From Eledone cirrhosa (lineage: Eukaryota): a stretch of DNA of 64,000 nucleotides. The notes under the pieces were generated by a model that was not told the DNA's origin, ran no database searches, and saw nothing but the letters and a program-made list of their open reading frames with translations. Made by a program: the position numbers and the translations under genes. Shown here one piece after another: positions 38,401 through 53,207 of the stretch (positions are counted from its first letter, which is position 1; each line of letters starts with the position of its first letter). The stretch is taken from positions 243,784,001 to 243,848,000 of the forward strand of contig OZ024741.1 of the NCBI GenBank assembly GCA_964016885.1. The letters are read 5' to 3'.

Positions 38401-40500
38401 TTACAGATCGATACGACCACGGGCGGCCTGCCCACGATCGAAAAGGTAACTCCGCCGGCAAATCCGCATTTTTGTGATTCGTTTCTTCGAAGCACACCAT
38501 TCGCCGCCGGACTTCAGCTTCCTCATTTAGCATGGGCAGCTTTTCTTAAAAATCACACCACACTCAGCAAATGTGTGTCTGCACATGTACCAGTAATTAC
38601 AGATCGATCCGACCACGGGCGGCCTGCCCACGATCGAAAAGGTAACTCCGCCGGCAAATTCGCATTTTTGCGATTCGTTTCTTCGAAGCACACCATTCGC
38701 TGGTGGACTTCAGCTTCCTCATTTAACATGGGCAGCTTTTCTTGAAAATCACACCACACTCAGCAAATGTGTGTCTGCACATGTACCAGTAATTACAGAT
38801 CGATCCGCCCACGGGCGGCCGGCCCACGATCGAAAATGTAACTCCGCCGGCAAATTCGCATTTTTGTGATTCATTTCTTCGAAGCACACCATTCGCTGGT
38901 GGACTTCAGCTTCCTCATTTAGCATGGGCAGCTTTTCTTGAAAATCACACCACACACAGCAAATGTGTGTCTACACAGGTACCAGTAATTACAGATCGAT
39001 CCGACCACGGACGGCTGGCCCAGGATCGAAAAGGTAACTCCGCCGGCAAATTCGCATTTTTGTGATTCGTTTCTTCGAAGCACACCATTCGCCGCCGGAC
39101 TTCAGCTTCCTCATTTAGCATGGGCAGCTTTTCTTGAAAATCACACCACTCACAGCAAATGTGTGTCTGCACATGTACCAGTAATTACAGATCGATCCGA
39201 CAACGGGCGGCAAGCCCACGATCGAAAAGGTAACTCCGCCGCCAAAGTCGCATTTTTGTGATTCGTTTCTTCGAAGCACACTATTCGCTGGTGGACTTCA
39301 GCTTCCTCATTTAGCATGGGCAGCTTTTCTTGAAAATCACACCACACACAGCAAATGTGTGTCTGCACATTTACCAGTAATTACAGATCGATCCGACCAC
39401 GGGCGGCCGGCCCACGATCGAAAAGGTAACTCCGCCGGCAAATTCGCATTTTTGTGATTCGTTTCTTCGAAGCACACCATTCGCCGCCGGACTTCAGCTT
39501 CCTCATTTAGCATGGGCAGCTTTTCTTGAAAATCACACCACACACAGCAAATGTGTGTCTGCACAGGTACCAGTAATTACAGATCGATCCGACCACGGGC
39601 GGCCTGCCCACGATCGAAAAGGTAACTCCGCCGGCAAATCCGCATTTTTGTGATTCGTTTCTTCGAAGCACACCATTCGCCGCCGGACTTCAGCTTCCTC
39701 ATTTAGCATGGGCAGCTTTTCTTAAAAATCACACCACACTCAGCAAATGTGTGTCTGCACATGTGCCAGTAATTACAGATCGATCCGACCACGGGCGGCC
39801 TGCCCACGATCGAAAAGGTAACTCCGCCGGCAAATTCGCATTTTTGTGATTCGTTTCTTCGAAGCACACCATTCGCTGGTGGACTTCAGCTTCCTCATTT
39901 AACATGGGCAGCCTTTCTTGAAAATCACACCACACTTAGCAAATGTGTGTCTGCACATGTACCAGTAATTACAGATCGATCTGCCCACGGGCGGCCGGCC
40001 CACGATCGAAAATGTAACTCCGCCGGCAAATTCGCATTTTTGTGATTCATTTCTTCGAAGCACACCATTCGCTGGTGGACTTCAGCTTCCTCATTTAGCA
40101 TGGGCAGCTTTTCTTGAAAATCACACCACACACAGCAAATGTGTGTCTACACAGGTACCAGTAATTACAGATCGATCCGACCACGGACGGCTGGCCCAGG
40201 ATCGAAAAGGTAACTCCGGCGGCAAATTCGCATTTTTGTGATTCGTTTCTTCGAAGCACACCATTCGCTGGTGGACTTCAGCTTCCTCATTTAGCATGGG
40301 CAGCTTTTCTTGAAAATCACACCACACACAGCCAATGAGTGTCTGCACATGTACCAGTAATTACAGATCGATCCGACCACGGGCGGCCGGCCCACGATCG
40401 AAAAGGTAACTCCGCCGGCAAATTCGCATTTTTGTGATTCGTTTCTTCGAAGCACACCATTAGCCGCCGGACTTCAGCTTCCTCATTTAGCATGGGCAGC

Positions 40501-43440
40501 TTTTCTTGAAAATCACACCACACACAGCAAATGTGTGTCTGCACATGTACCAGTACGTACAGATCGATCCGACCACGGGCGGCAGGCCCACATTCGAAAA
40601 GGTTACTCCGCCTGCAAATCGTCATTTTCGGATTCGTTTTCTTCGAAGCACACCATTCGCCGGCGGACTTCAGCTGCCTCATTTAGCATGGGCAGCTTTT
40701 CTTGAAAATCACACCTCACACAGCAAATGTGTCTCTGCACATGTACTAGTAATTACAGATCGATCCGACCACGGGCAACCGGCCCACGATCGAAAAGGTA
40801 ACTCCGGCGGCAAATTCGCATTTTTGTGATTCGTTTCTTCGAAGCACACCATTCGCCGCCGGACTTCAGCTTCCTCATTTAGCATGGGCAGCTTTTCTTG
40901 AAAATCACACCACACTCAGCAAATGTGTGTCTGCACATGTACCAGTAATTACAGATCGATCCGACCACGGGCGGCCTGCCCACGATCGAAAAGGTAACTC
41001 CGCCGGCAAATTCGCATTTTTGTGATTCGTTTCTTCGAAGCACACCATTCGCTGGTGGACTTCAGCTTCCTCATTTAGCATGGGCAGCTTTTCTTGAAAA
41101 TCACACCACTCACAGACTATGAGTGTCTGCACATGTACCACTAATTACAGATCGATACGACCACGGGCGGCCTGCCCACGATCGAAAAGGTAACTCCGCC
41201 GGCAAATCCGCATTTTTGTGATTCGTTTCTTCGAAGCACACCATTCGCCGCCGGACTTCAGCTTCCTCATTTAGCATGGGCAGCTTTTCTTAAAAATCAC
41301 ACCACACTCAGCAAATGTGTGTCTGCACATGTACCAGTAATTACAGATCGATCCGACCACGGGCGGCCTGCCCACGATCGAAAAGGTAACTCCGCCGGCA
41401 AATTCGCATTTTTGCGATTCGTTTCTTCGAAGCACACCATTCGCTGGTGGACTTCAGCTTCCTCATTTAACATGGGCAGCTTTTCTTGAAAATCACACCA
41501 CACTCAGCAAATGTGTGTCTGCACATGTACCAGTAATTACAGATCGATCCGCCCACGGGCGGCCGGCCCACGATCGAAAATGTAACTCCGCCGGCAAATT
41601 CGCATTTTTGTGATTCATTTCTTCGAAGCACACCATTCGCTGGTGGACTTCAGCTTCCTCATTTAGCATGGGCAGCTTTTCTTGAAAATCACACCACACA
41701 CAGCAAATGTGTGTCTACACAGGTACCAGTAATTACAGATCGATCCGACCACGGACGGCTGGCCCAGGATCGAAAAGGTAACTCCGCCGGCAAATTCGCA
41801 TTTTTGTGATTCGTTTCTTCGAAGCACACCATTCGCCGCCGGACTTCAGCTTCCTCATTTAGCATGGGCAGCTTTTCTTGAAAATCACACCACTCACAGC
41901 AAATGTGTGTCTGCACATGTACCAGTAATTACAGATCGATCCGACAACGGGCGGCCGGCCCACGATCGAAAAGGTAACTCCGCCGCCAAAGTCGCATTTT
42001 TGTGATTCGTTTCTTCGAAGCACACTATTCGCTGGTGGACTTCAGCTTCCTCATTTAGCATGGGCAGCTTTTCTTGAAAATCACACCACACACAGCAAAT
42101 GTGTGTCTGCACATTTACCAGTAATTACAGATCGATCCGACCACGGGCGGCCGGCCCACGATCGAAAAGGTAACTCCGCCGGCAAATTCGCATTTTTGTG
42201 ATTCGTTTCTTCGAAGCACACCATTCGCCGCCGGACTTCAGCTTCCTCATTTAGCATGGGCAGCTTTTCTTGAAAATCACACCACACACAGCAAATGTGT
42301 GTCTGCACAGGTACCAGTAATTACAGATCGATCCGACCACGAACGGCTGGCCCACGATCGAAAAGGTAACTCCGCCGGCAAATCCTAATTTTTGTGATTC
42401 GTTTCTTCGAAGCACACCATTCGCCGCCGGACTTCAGCTGCCTCATTTAGCATGGGCAGCTTTTCTTGAAAATCACACCACTCACAGACTATGAGTGTCT
42501 GCACATGTACCACTAATTACAGATCGATACGACCACGGGCGGCCTGCCCACGATCGAAAAGGTAACTCCGCCGGCAAATCCGCATTTTTGTGATTCGTTT
42601 CTTCGAAGCACACCATTCGCCGCCGGACTTCAGCTTCCTCATTTAGCATGGGCAGCTTTTCTTAAAAATCACACCACACTCAGCAAATGTGTGTCTGCAC
42701 ATGTGCCAGTAATTACAGATCGATCCGACCACGGGCGGCCTGCCCACGATCGAAAAGGTAACTCCGCCGGCAAATTCGCATTTTTGTGATTCGTTTCTTC
42801 GAAGCACACCATTCGCTGGTGGACTTCAGCTTCCTCATTTAACATGGGCAGCCTTTCTTGAAAATCACACCACACTTAGCAAATGTGTGTCTGCACATGT
42901 ACCAGTAATTACAGATCGATCCGCCCACGGACGGCCGGCCCACGATCGAAAATGTAACTCCGCCGGCAAATTCGCATTTTTGTGATTCATTTCTTCGAAG
43001 CACACCATTCGCTGGTGGACTTCAGCTTCCTCATTTAGCATGGGCAGCTTTTCTTGAAAATCACACCACACACAGCAAATGTGTGTCTACACAGGTACCA
43101 GTAATTACAGATCGATCCGACCACGGACGGCTGGCCCAGGATCGAAAAGGTAACTCCGGCGGCAAATTCGCATTTTTGTGATTCGTTTCTTCGAAGCACA
43201 CCATTCGCTGGTGGACTTCAGCTTCCTCATTTAGCATGGGCAGCTTTTCTTGAAAATCACACCACACACAGCCAATGAGTGTCTGCACATGTACCAGTAA
43301 TTACAGATCGATCCGACCACGGGCGGCCGGCCCACGATCGAAAAGGTAACTCCGCCGGCAAATTCGCATTTTTGTGATTCGTTTCTTCGAAGCACACCAT
43401 TAGCCGCCGGACTTCAGCTTCCTCATTTAGCATGGGCAGC
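40501..43440. repeat. 15-mer HOR variant D-E-A-B-C-F-G-H-I-J-B-C-F-G-W; 14-mer relatives at 24036-26779 and 26780-29523
   Basis: D-to-D spacing is 2940. B-C-F-G occurs twice within the unit. H is marked by ACAACGGG/CGCCAAAGTC/CACTATT, I by CATTTACC, J by CACGAACGG/ATCCTAATT. Confidence 0.85.
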
Positions 43441-46400
43441 TTTTCTTGAAAATCACACCACACACAGCAAATGTGTGTCTGCACATGTACCAGTACGTAC
43501 AGATCGATCCGACCACGGGCGGCAGGCCCACATTCGAAAAGGTTACTCCGCCTGCAAATCGTCATTTTCGGATTCGTTTTCTTCGAAGCACACCATTCGC
43601 CGGCGGACTTCAGCTGCCTCATTTAGCATGGGCAGCTTTTCTTGAAAATCACACCTCACACAGCAAATGTGTCTCTGCACATGTACTAGTAATTACAGAT
43701 CGATCCGACCACGGGCAACCGGCCCACGATCGAAAAGGTAACTCCGGCGGCAAATTCGCATTTTTGTGATTCGTTTCTTCGAAGCACACCATTCGCCGCC
43801 GGACTTCAGCTTCCTCATTTAGCATGGGCAGCTTTTCTTGAAAATCACACCACACTCAGCAAATGTGTGTCTGCACATGTACCAGTAATTACAGATCGAT
43901 CCGACCACGGGCGGCCTGCCCACGATCGAAAAGGTAACTCCGCCGGCAAATTCGCATTTTTGTGATTCGTTTCTTCGAAGCACACCATTCGCTGGTGGAC
44001 TTCAGCTTCCTCATTTAGCATGGGCAGCTTTTCTTGAAAATCACACCACTCACAGACTATGAGTGTCTGCACATGTACCACTAATTACAGATCGATACGA
44101 CCACGGGCGGCCTGCCCACGATCGAAAAGGTAACTCCGCCGGCAAATCCGCATTTTTGTGATTCGTTTCTTCGAAGCACACCATTCGCCGCCGGACTTCA
44201 GCTTCCTCATTTAGCATGGGCAGCTTTTCTTAAAAATCACACCACACTCAGCAAATGTGTGTCTGCACATGTACCAGTAATTACAGATCGATCCGACCAC
44301 GGGCGGCCTGCCCACGATCGAAAAGGTAACTCCGCCGGCAAATTCGCATTTTTGTGATTCGTTTCTTCGAAGCACACCATTCGCTGGTGGACTTCAGCTT
44401 CCTCATTTAACATGGGCAGCTTTTCTTGAAAATCACACCACACTTAGCAAATGTGTGTCTGCACATGTACCAGTAATTACAGATCGATCCGCCCACGGGC
44501 GGCCGGCCCACGATCGAAAATGTAACTCCGCCGGCAAATTCGCATTTTTGTGATTCATTTCTTCGAAGCACACCATTCGCTGGTGGACTTCAGCTTCCTC
44601 ATTTAGCATGGGCAGCTTTTCTTGAAAATCACACCACACACAGCCAATGAGTGTCTGCACATGTACCAGTAATTACAGATCGATCCGACCACGGGCGGCC
44701 GGCCCACGATCGAAAAGGTAACTCCGCCGGCAAATTCGCATTTTTGTGATTCGTTTCTTCGAAGCACACCATTAGCCGCCGGACTTCAGCTTCCTCATTT
44801 AGCATGGGCAGCTTTTCTTGAAAATCACACCACACACAGCAAATGTGTGTCTGCACATGTACCAGTACGTACAGATCGATCCGACCACGGGCGGCAGGCC
44901 CACATTCGAAAAGGTTACTCCGCCTGCAAATCGTCATTTTCGGATTCGTTTTCTTCGAAGCACACCATTCGCCGGCGGACTTCAGCTGCCTCATTTAGCA
45001 TGGGCAGCTTTTCTTGAAAATCACACCTCACACAGCAAATGTGTCTCTGCACATGTACTAGTAATTACAGATCGATCCGACCACGGGCAACCGGCCCACG
45101 ATCGAAAAGGTAACTCCGGCGGCAAATTCGCATTTTTGTGATTCGTTTCTTCGAAGCACACCATTCGCCGCCGGACTTCAGCTTCCTCATTTAGCATGGG
45201 CAGCTTTTCTTGAAAATCACACCACACTCAGCAAATCTGTGTCTGCACATGTACCAGTAATTACAGATCGATCCGACCACGGGCGGCCTGCCCACGATCG
45301 AAAAGGTAACCCCGCCGGCAAATTCGCATTTTTGCGATTCGTTTCTTCGAAGCACACCATACGCTGGTGGACTTCAGCTTCCTCATTTAACATGGGCAGC
45401 TTTTCTTGAAAATCACACCTCACACAGCAAATGTGTCTCTGCACATGTACCAGTAATTACAGATCGATCCGCCCATGGGCGGCCGGCCCACGATCGAAAA
45501 TGTAACTCCGCCGGCAAATTCGCATTTTTGTGATTCGTTTCTTCGAAGCACACCATTTGCTGGTGGACTTCAGCTTCCTCATTTAGCGTGGGCAGCTTTT
45601 CTTGAAAATCACACCACTCACAGACAATGAGTCTCTGCACATGTACCACTAATTACAGATCGATACGACCACGGGCGGCCTGCCCACCATCGAAAAGGTA
45701 ACTCCGCCGGCAAATCCGCATTTTTGTGATTCGTTTCTTCGAAGCACACCATTCGCCGCCGGACTTCAGCTTCCTCATTTAGCATGGGCAGCTTTTCTTG
45801 AAAATCACACCACTCACAGCCAATGAGTTTCTGCACAGGTACCACTAATTACAGATCGATACGACCAGGGGCGGCCTGCCCACGATCGAAAAGGTAACTC
45901 CAGCGGCAAATTCGCATTTTTGTGATTCATTTCTTCGAAGCACACCATTCGCTGGTGGACTTCAGCTTCCTCATTTAGCATGGGCAGCTTTTCTTGAAAA
46001 TCACACCACACACAGCAAATGTGTGTCTACACAGGTACCAGTAATTACAGATCGATCCGACCACCGCCGGCTGGCCCAGGATCGAAAAGGTAACTCCGGC
46101 GGCAAATTCGCATTTTTGTGATTCATTTCTTCGAAGCACACCATTCGCTGGTGGACTTCAGCTTCCTCATTTAGCATGGGCAGCTTTTCTTGAAAATCAC
46201 ACCACACACAGCCAATGAGTGACTGCACATGTACCAGTAATTACAGATCGATCCGACTACGGGCGGCCTGCCTACGATCGAAAAGGTAACTCCGCCGGCA
46301 AATTCGCATTTTTGTGATTCGTTTCTTCGAAGCACACCATTCGCCGCCGGACTTCAGCTTCCTCATTTAGCATGGGCAGCTTTTCTTGAAAATCACACCA

Positions 46401-47950
46401 CACACAGCAAATGTGTGTCTGCACATGTACCAGTAATTACAGATCGATCCGACCACGGGCGGCCTGCCCACGATCGAAAAGGTAACTCCGCCGGCAAATT
46501 CGCATTTTTGTGATTCGTTTCTTCGAAGCACACCATTCGCTGGTGGACTTCAGCTTCCTCATTTAGCATGGGCAGCTTTTCTTGAAAATCACACCACTCA
46601 CAGACTATGAGTGTCTGCACATGTACCACTAATTACAGATCGATACGACCACGGGCGGCCTGCCCACGATCGAAAAGGTAACTCCGCCGGCAAATCCGCA
46701 TTTTTGTGATTCGTTTCTTCGAAGCACACCATTCGCCGCCGGACTTCAGCTTCCTCATTTAGCATGGGCAGCTTTTCTTAAAAATCACACCACACTCAGC
46801 AAATGTGTGTCTGCACATGTACCAGTAATTACAGATCGATCCGACCACGGGCGGCCTGCCCACGATCGAAAAGGTAACTCCGCCGGCAAATTCGCATTTT
46901 TGTGATTCGTTTCTTCGAAGCACACCATTCGCTGGTGGACTTCAGCTTCCTCATTTAACATGGGCAGCTTTTCTTGAAAATCACACCACACTTAGCAAAT
47001 GTGTGTCTGCACATGTACCAGTAATTACAGATCGATCCGCCCACGGGCGGCCGGCCCACGATCGAAAATGTAACTCCGCCGGCAAATTCGCATTTTTGTG
47101 ATTCATTTCTTCGAAGCACACCATTCGCTGGTGGACTTCAGCTTCCTCATTTAGCATGGGCAGCTTTTCTTGAAAATCACACCACACACAGCCAATGAGT
47201 GTCTGCACATGTACCAGTAATTACAGATCGATCCGACCACGGGCGGCCGGCTCACGATCGAAAAGGTAACTCCGCCGGCAAATTCGCATTTTTGTGATTC
47301 GTTTCTTCGAAGCACACCATTAGCCGCCGGACTTCAGCTTCCTCATTTAGCATGGGCAGCTTTTCTTGAAAATCACACCACACACAGCAAATGTGTGTCT
47401 GCACATGTACCAGTACGTACAGATCGATCCGACCACGGGCGGCAGGCCCACATTCGAAAAGGTTACTCCGCCTGCAAATCGTCATTTTCGGATTCGTTTT
47501 CTTCGAAGCACACCATTCGCCGGCGGACTTCAGCTGCCTCATTTAGCATGGGCAGCTTTTCTTGAAAATCACACCTCACACAGCAAATGTGTCTCTGCAC
47601 ATGTACTAGTAATTACAGATCGATCCGACCACGGGCAACCGGCCCACGATCGAAAAGGTAACTCCGGCGGCAAATTCGCATTTTTGTGATTCGTTTCTTC
47701 GAAGCACACCATTCGCCGCCGGACTTCAGCTTCCTCATTTAGCATGGGCAGCTTTTCTTGAAAATCACACCACACTCAGCAAATCTGTGTCTGCACATGT
47801 ACCAGTAATTACAGATCGATCCGACCACGGGCGGCCTGCCCACGATCGAAAAGGTAACCCCGCCGGCAAATTCGCATTTTTGCGATTCGTTTCTTCGAAG
47901 CACACCATTCGCTGGTGGACTTCAGCTTCCTCATTTAACATGGGCAGCTT
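43441..47950. repeat. Long-range copy of about 33444-37950 (offset 9997 bp = 51 monomers + 1)
   Basis: Rare types match in order: 35220/45217, 35416/45413, 35621/45618, 35817/45814, 36004/46001, 37369/47366, 37768/47765. Confidence 0.85.
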
Positions 47951-50900
47951 TTCTTGAAAATCACACCACTCACAGCCAATGAGTTTCTGCACAGGTACCA
48001 CTAATTACAGATCGATACGACCAGGGGCGGCCTGCCCACGATCGAAAAGGTAACTCCGCCGGCAAATTCGCATTTTTGTGATTCGTTTCTTCGAAGGACA
48101 CCATTCGCTGGTGGACTTCAGCTTCCTCATTTAGCATGGGCAGCTTTTCTTGAAAATCACACCACACACAGCAAATGTGTGTCTACACAGGTACCAGTAA
48201 TTACAGATCGATCCGACCACCGCCGGCTGGCCCAGGATCGAAAAGGTAACTCCGGCGGCAAATTCGCATTTTTGTGATTCATTTCTTCGAAGCACCATTC
48301 GCTGGTGGACTTCAGCTTCCTCATTTAGCATGGGCAGCTTTTCTTGAAAATCACACCACACACAGCCAATGAGTGACTGCACATGTACCAGTAATTACAG
48401 ATCGATCCGACTACGGGCGGCCTGCCTACGATCGAAAAGGTAACTCCGCCGGCAAATTCGCATTTTTGTGATTCGTTTCTTCGAAGCACACCATTCGCCG
48501 CCGGACTTCAGCTTCCTCATTTAGCATGGGCAGCTTTTCTTGAAAATCACACCACACACAGCAAATGTGTGTCTGCACAGGTACCAGTAATTACAGATCG
48601 ATCCGACCACGGACGGCTGGCCCACGATCGAAAAGGTAACTCCGCCGGCAAATCCTAATTTTTGTGATTCGTTTCTTCGAAGCACACCATTCGCCGCCGG
48701 ACTTCAGCTTCCTCATTTAGCATGGGCAGCTTTTCTTGAAAATCACACCACTCACAGCCAATGAGTCTCTGCACAGGTACCACTAATTACAGATCGATAC
48801 GACCAGGGGCGGCCGGCCCAGGATCGAAAATGTAACTCCGCCGGCAAATTCGCATTTTTGTGATTCGTTTCTTCGAAGCACACCATTCGCTGGTGGACTT
48901 CAGCTTCCTCATTTAGCATGGGCAGCTTTTCTTGAAAATCACACCACTCACAGACTATGAGTGTCTGCACATGTACCACTAATTACAGATCGATACGACC
49001 ACGGGCGGCCTGCCCACGATCGAAAAGGTAACTCCGCCGGCAAATCCGCATTTTTGTGATTCGTTTCTTCGAAGCACACCATTCGCCGCCGGACTTCAGC
49101 TTCCTCATTTAGCATGGGCAGCTTTTCTTAAAAATCACACCACACTCAGCAAATGTGTGTCTGCACATGTACCAGTAATTACAGATCGATCCGACCACGG
49201 GCGGCCTGCCCACGATCGAAAAGGTAACTCCGCCGGCAAATTCGCATTTTTGTGATTCGTTTCTTCGAAGGACACCATTCGCTGGTGGACTTCAGCTTCC
49301 TCATTTAACATGGGCAGCTTTTCTTGAAAATCACACCACACTCAGCAAATGTGTGTCTGCACATGTACCAGTAATTACAGATCGATCCGCCCACGGGCGG
49401 CCGGGCCACGATCGAAAATGTAACTCCGCCGGCAAATTCGCATTTTTGTGATTCATTTCTTCGAAGCACACCATTCGCTGGTGGACTTCAGCTTCCTCAT
49501 TTAGCATGGGCAGCTTTTCTTGAAAATCACACCACACACAGCAAATGTGTGTCTACACAGGTACCAGTAATTACAGATCGATCCGACCACGGACGGCTGG
49601 CCCAGGATCGAAAAGGTAACTCCGGCGGCAAATTCGCATTTTTGTGATTCATTTCTTCGAAGCACACCATTCGCTGGTGGACTTCAGCTTCCTCATTTAG
49701 CATGGGCAGCTTTTCTTGAAAATCACACCACACACAGCAAATGTGTGTCTGCACAGGTACCAGTAATTACAGATCGATCCGACCACGGACGGCTGGCCCA
49801 CGATCGAAAAGGTAACTCCGCCGGCAAATCCTAATTTTTGTGATTCGTTTCTTCGAAGCACACCATTCGCCGCCGGACTTCAGCTTCCTCATTTAGCATG
49901 GGCAGCTTTTCTTGAAAATCACACCACTCACAGACTATGAGTGTCTGCACATGTACCACTAATTACAGATCGATACGACCACGGGCGGCCTGCGCACGAT
50001 CGAAAAGGTAACTCCGCCGGCAAATCCGCATTTTTGTGATTCGTTTCTTCGAAGCACACCATTCGCCGCCGGACTTCAGCTTCCTCATTTAGCATGGGCA
50101 GCTTTTCTTAAAAATCACACCACACTCAGCAAATGTGTGTCTGCACATGTGCCAGTAATTACAGATCGATCCGACCACGGGCGGCCTGCCCACGATCGAA
50201 AAGGTAACTCCGCCGGCAAATTCGCATTTTTGTGATTCGTTTCTTCGAAGCACACCATTCGCTGGTGGACTTCAGCTTCCTCATTTAACATGGGCAGCTT
50301 TTCTTGAAAATCACACCACACTTAGCAAATGTGTGTCTGCACATGTACCAGTAATTACAGATCGATCCGCCCACGGGCGGCCGGCCCACGATCGAAAATG
50401 TAACTCCGCCGGCAAATTCGCATTTTTGTGATTCATTTCTTCGAAGCACACCATTCGCTGGTGGACTTCAGCTTCCTCATTTAGCATGGGCAGCTTTTCT
50501 TGAAAATCACACCACACACAGCAAATTTGTGTCTACACAGGTACCAGTAATTACAGATCGATCCGACCACGGACGGCTGGCCCAGGATCGAAAAGGTAAC
50601 TCCGGCGGCAAATTCGCATTTTTGTGATTCGTTTCTTCGAAGCACACCATTCGCTGGTGGACTTCAGCTTCCTCATTTAGCATGGGCAGCTTTTCTTGAA
50701 AATCACACCACACTTAGCAAATGTGTGTCTGCACATGTACCAGTAATTACAGATCGATCCGCCCACGGGCGGCCGGCCCACGATCGAAAATGTAACTCCG
50801 CCGGCAAATTCGCATTTTTGTGATTCATTTCTTCGAAGCACACCATTCGCTGGTGGACTTCAGCTTCCTCATTTAGCATGGGCAGCTTTTCTTGAAAATC

Positions 50901-53207
50901 ACACCACACACAGCAAATGTGTGTCTACACAGGTACCAGTAATTACAGATCGATCCGACCACGGACGGCTGGCCCAGGATCGAAAAGGTAACTCCGGCGG
51001 CAAATTCGCATTTTTGTGATTCGTTTCTTCGAAGCACACCATTAGCCGCCGGACTTCAGCTTCCTCATTTAGCATGGGCAGCTTTTCTTGAAAATCACAC
51101 CACACACAGCCAATGAGTGTCTGCACATGTACCAGTAATTACAGATCGATCCGACCACGGGCGGCCGGCCCACGATCGAAAAGGTAACTCCGCCGGCAAA
51201 TTCGCATTTTTGTGATTCGTTTCTTCGAAGCACACCATTAGCCGCCGGACTTCAGCTTCCTCATTTAGCATGGGCAGCTTTTCTTGAAAATCACACCACA
51301 CACAGCAAATGTGTGTCTGCACATGTACCAGTACGTACAGATCGATCCGACCACGGGCGGCAGGCCCACATTCGAAAAGGTTACTCCGCCTGCAAATCGT
51401 CATTTTCGGATTCGTTTTCTTCGAAGCACACCATTCGCCGGCGGACTTCAGCTGCCTCATTTAGCATGGGCAGCTTTTCTTGAAAATCACACCTCACACA
51501 GCAAATGTGTCTCTGCACATGTACTAGTAATTACAGATCGATCCGACCACGGGCAACCGGCCCACGATCGAAAAGGTAACTCCGGCGGCAAATTCGCATT
51601 TTTGTGATTCGTTTCTTCGAAGCACACCATTCGCCGCCGGACTTCAGCTTCCTCATTTAGCATGGGCAGCTTTTCTTGAAAATCACACCACACTCAGCAA
51701 ATCTGTGTCTGCACATGTACCAGTAATTACAGATCGATCCGACCACGGGCGGCCTGCCCACGATCGAAAAGGTAACCCCGCCGGCAAATTCGCATTTTTG
51801 CGATTCGTTTCTTCGAAGCACACCATTCGCTGGTGGACTTCAGCTTCCTCATTTAACATGGGCAGCTTTTCTTGAAAATCACACCACACTCAGCAAATGT
51901 GTGTCTGCACATGTACCAGTAATTACAGATCGATCCGCCCATGGGCGGCCGGCCCACGATCGAAAATGTAACTCCGCCGGCAAATTCGCATTTTTGTGAT
52001 TCGTTTCTTCGAAGCACACCATTTGCTGGTGGACTTCAGCTTCCTCATTTAGCGTGGGCAGCTTTTCTTGAAAATCACACCACTCACAGACAATGAGTCT
52101 CTGCACATGTACCACTAATTACAGATCGATACGACCACGGGCGGCCTGCCCACCATCGAAAAGGTAACTCCGCCGGCAAATCCGCATTTTTGTGATTCGT
52201 TTCTTCGAAGCACACCATTCGCCGCCGGACTTCAGCTTCCTCATTTAGCATGGGCAGCTTTTCTTGAAAATCACACCACACACAGCAAATGTGTGTCTAC
52301 ACAGGTACCAGTAATTACAGATCGATCCGACCACCGCCGGCTGGCCCAGGATCGAAAAGGTAACTCCGGCGGCAAATTCGCATTTTTGTGATTCATTTCT
52401 TCGAAGCACACCATTCGCTGGTGGACTTCAGCTTCCTCATTTAGCATGGGCAGCCTTTCTTGAAAATCACACCACACACAGCCAATGAGTGACTGCACAT
52501 GTACCAGTAATTACAGATCGATCCGACTACGGGCGGCCTGCCTACGATCGAAAAGGTAACTCCGCCGGCAAATTCGCATTTTTGTGATTCGTTTCTTCGA
52601 AGCACACCATTCGCCGCCGGACTTCAGCTTCCTCATTTAGCATGGGCAGCTTTTCTTGAAAATCACACCACACACAGCAAATGTGTGTCTGCACAGGTAC
52701 CAGTAATTACAGATCGATCCGACCACGGACGGCTGGCCCACGATCGAAAAGGTAACTCCGCCGGCAAATCCTAATTTTTGTGATTCGTTTCTTCGAAGCA
52801 CACCATTCGCCGCCGGACTTCAGCTTCCTCATTTAGCATGGGCAGCTTTTCTTGAAAATCACACCACTCACAGCCAATGAGTCTCTGCACAGGTACCACT
52901 AATTACAGATCGATACGACCAGGGGCGGCCGGCCCACGATCGAAAATGTAACTCCGCCGGCAAATTCGCATTTTTGTGATTCGTTTCTTCGAAGCACACC
53001 ATTCGCTGGTGGACTTCAGCTTCCTCATTTAGCATGGGCAGCTTTTCTTGAAAATCACACCACTCACAGACTATGAGAGTCTGCACATGGACCACTAATT
53101 ACAGATCGATACGACCACGGGCGGCCTGCCCACGATCGAAAAGGTAACTCCGCCGGCAAATCCGCATTTTTGTGATTCGTTTCTTCGAAGCACACCATTC
53201 GGCGCCG

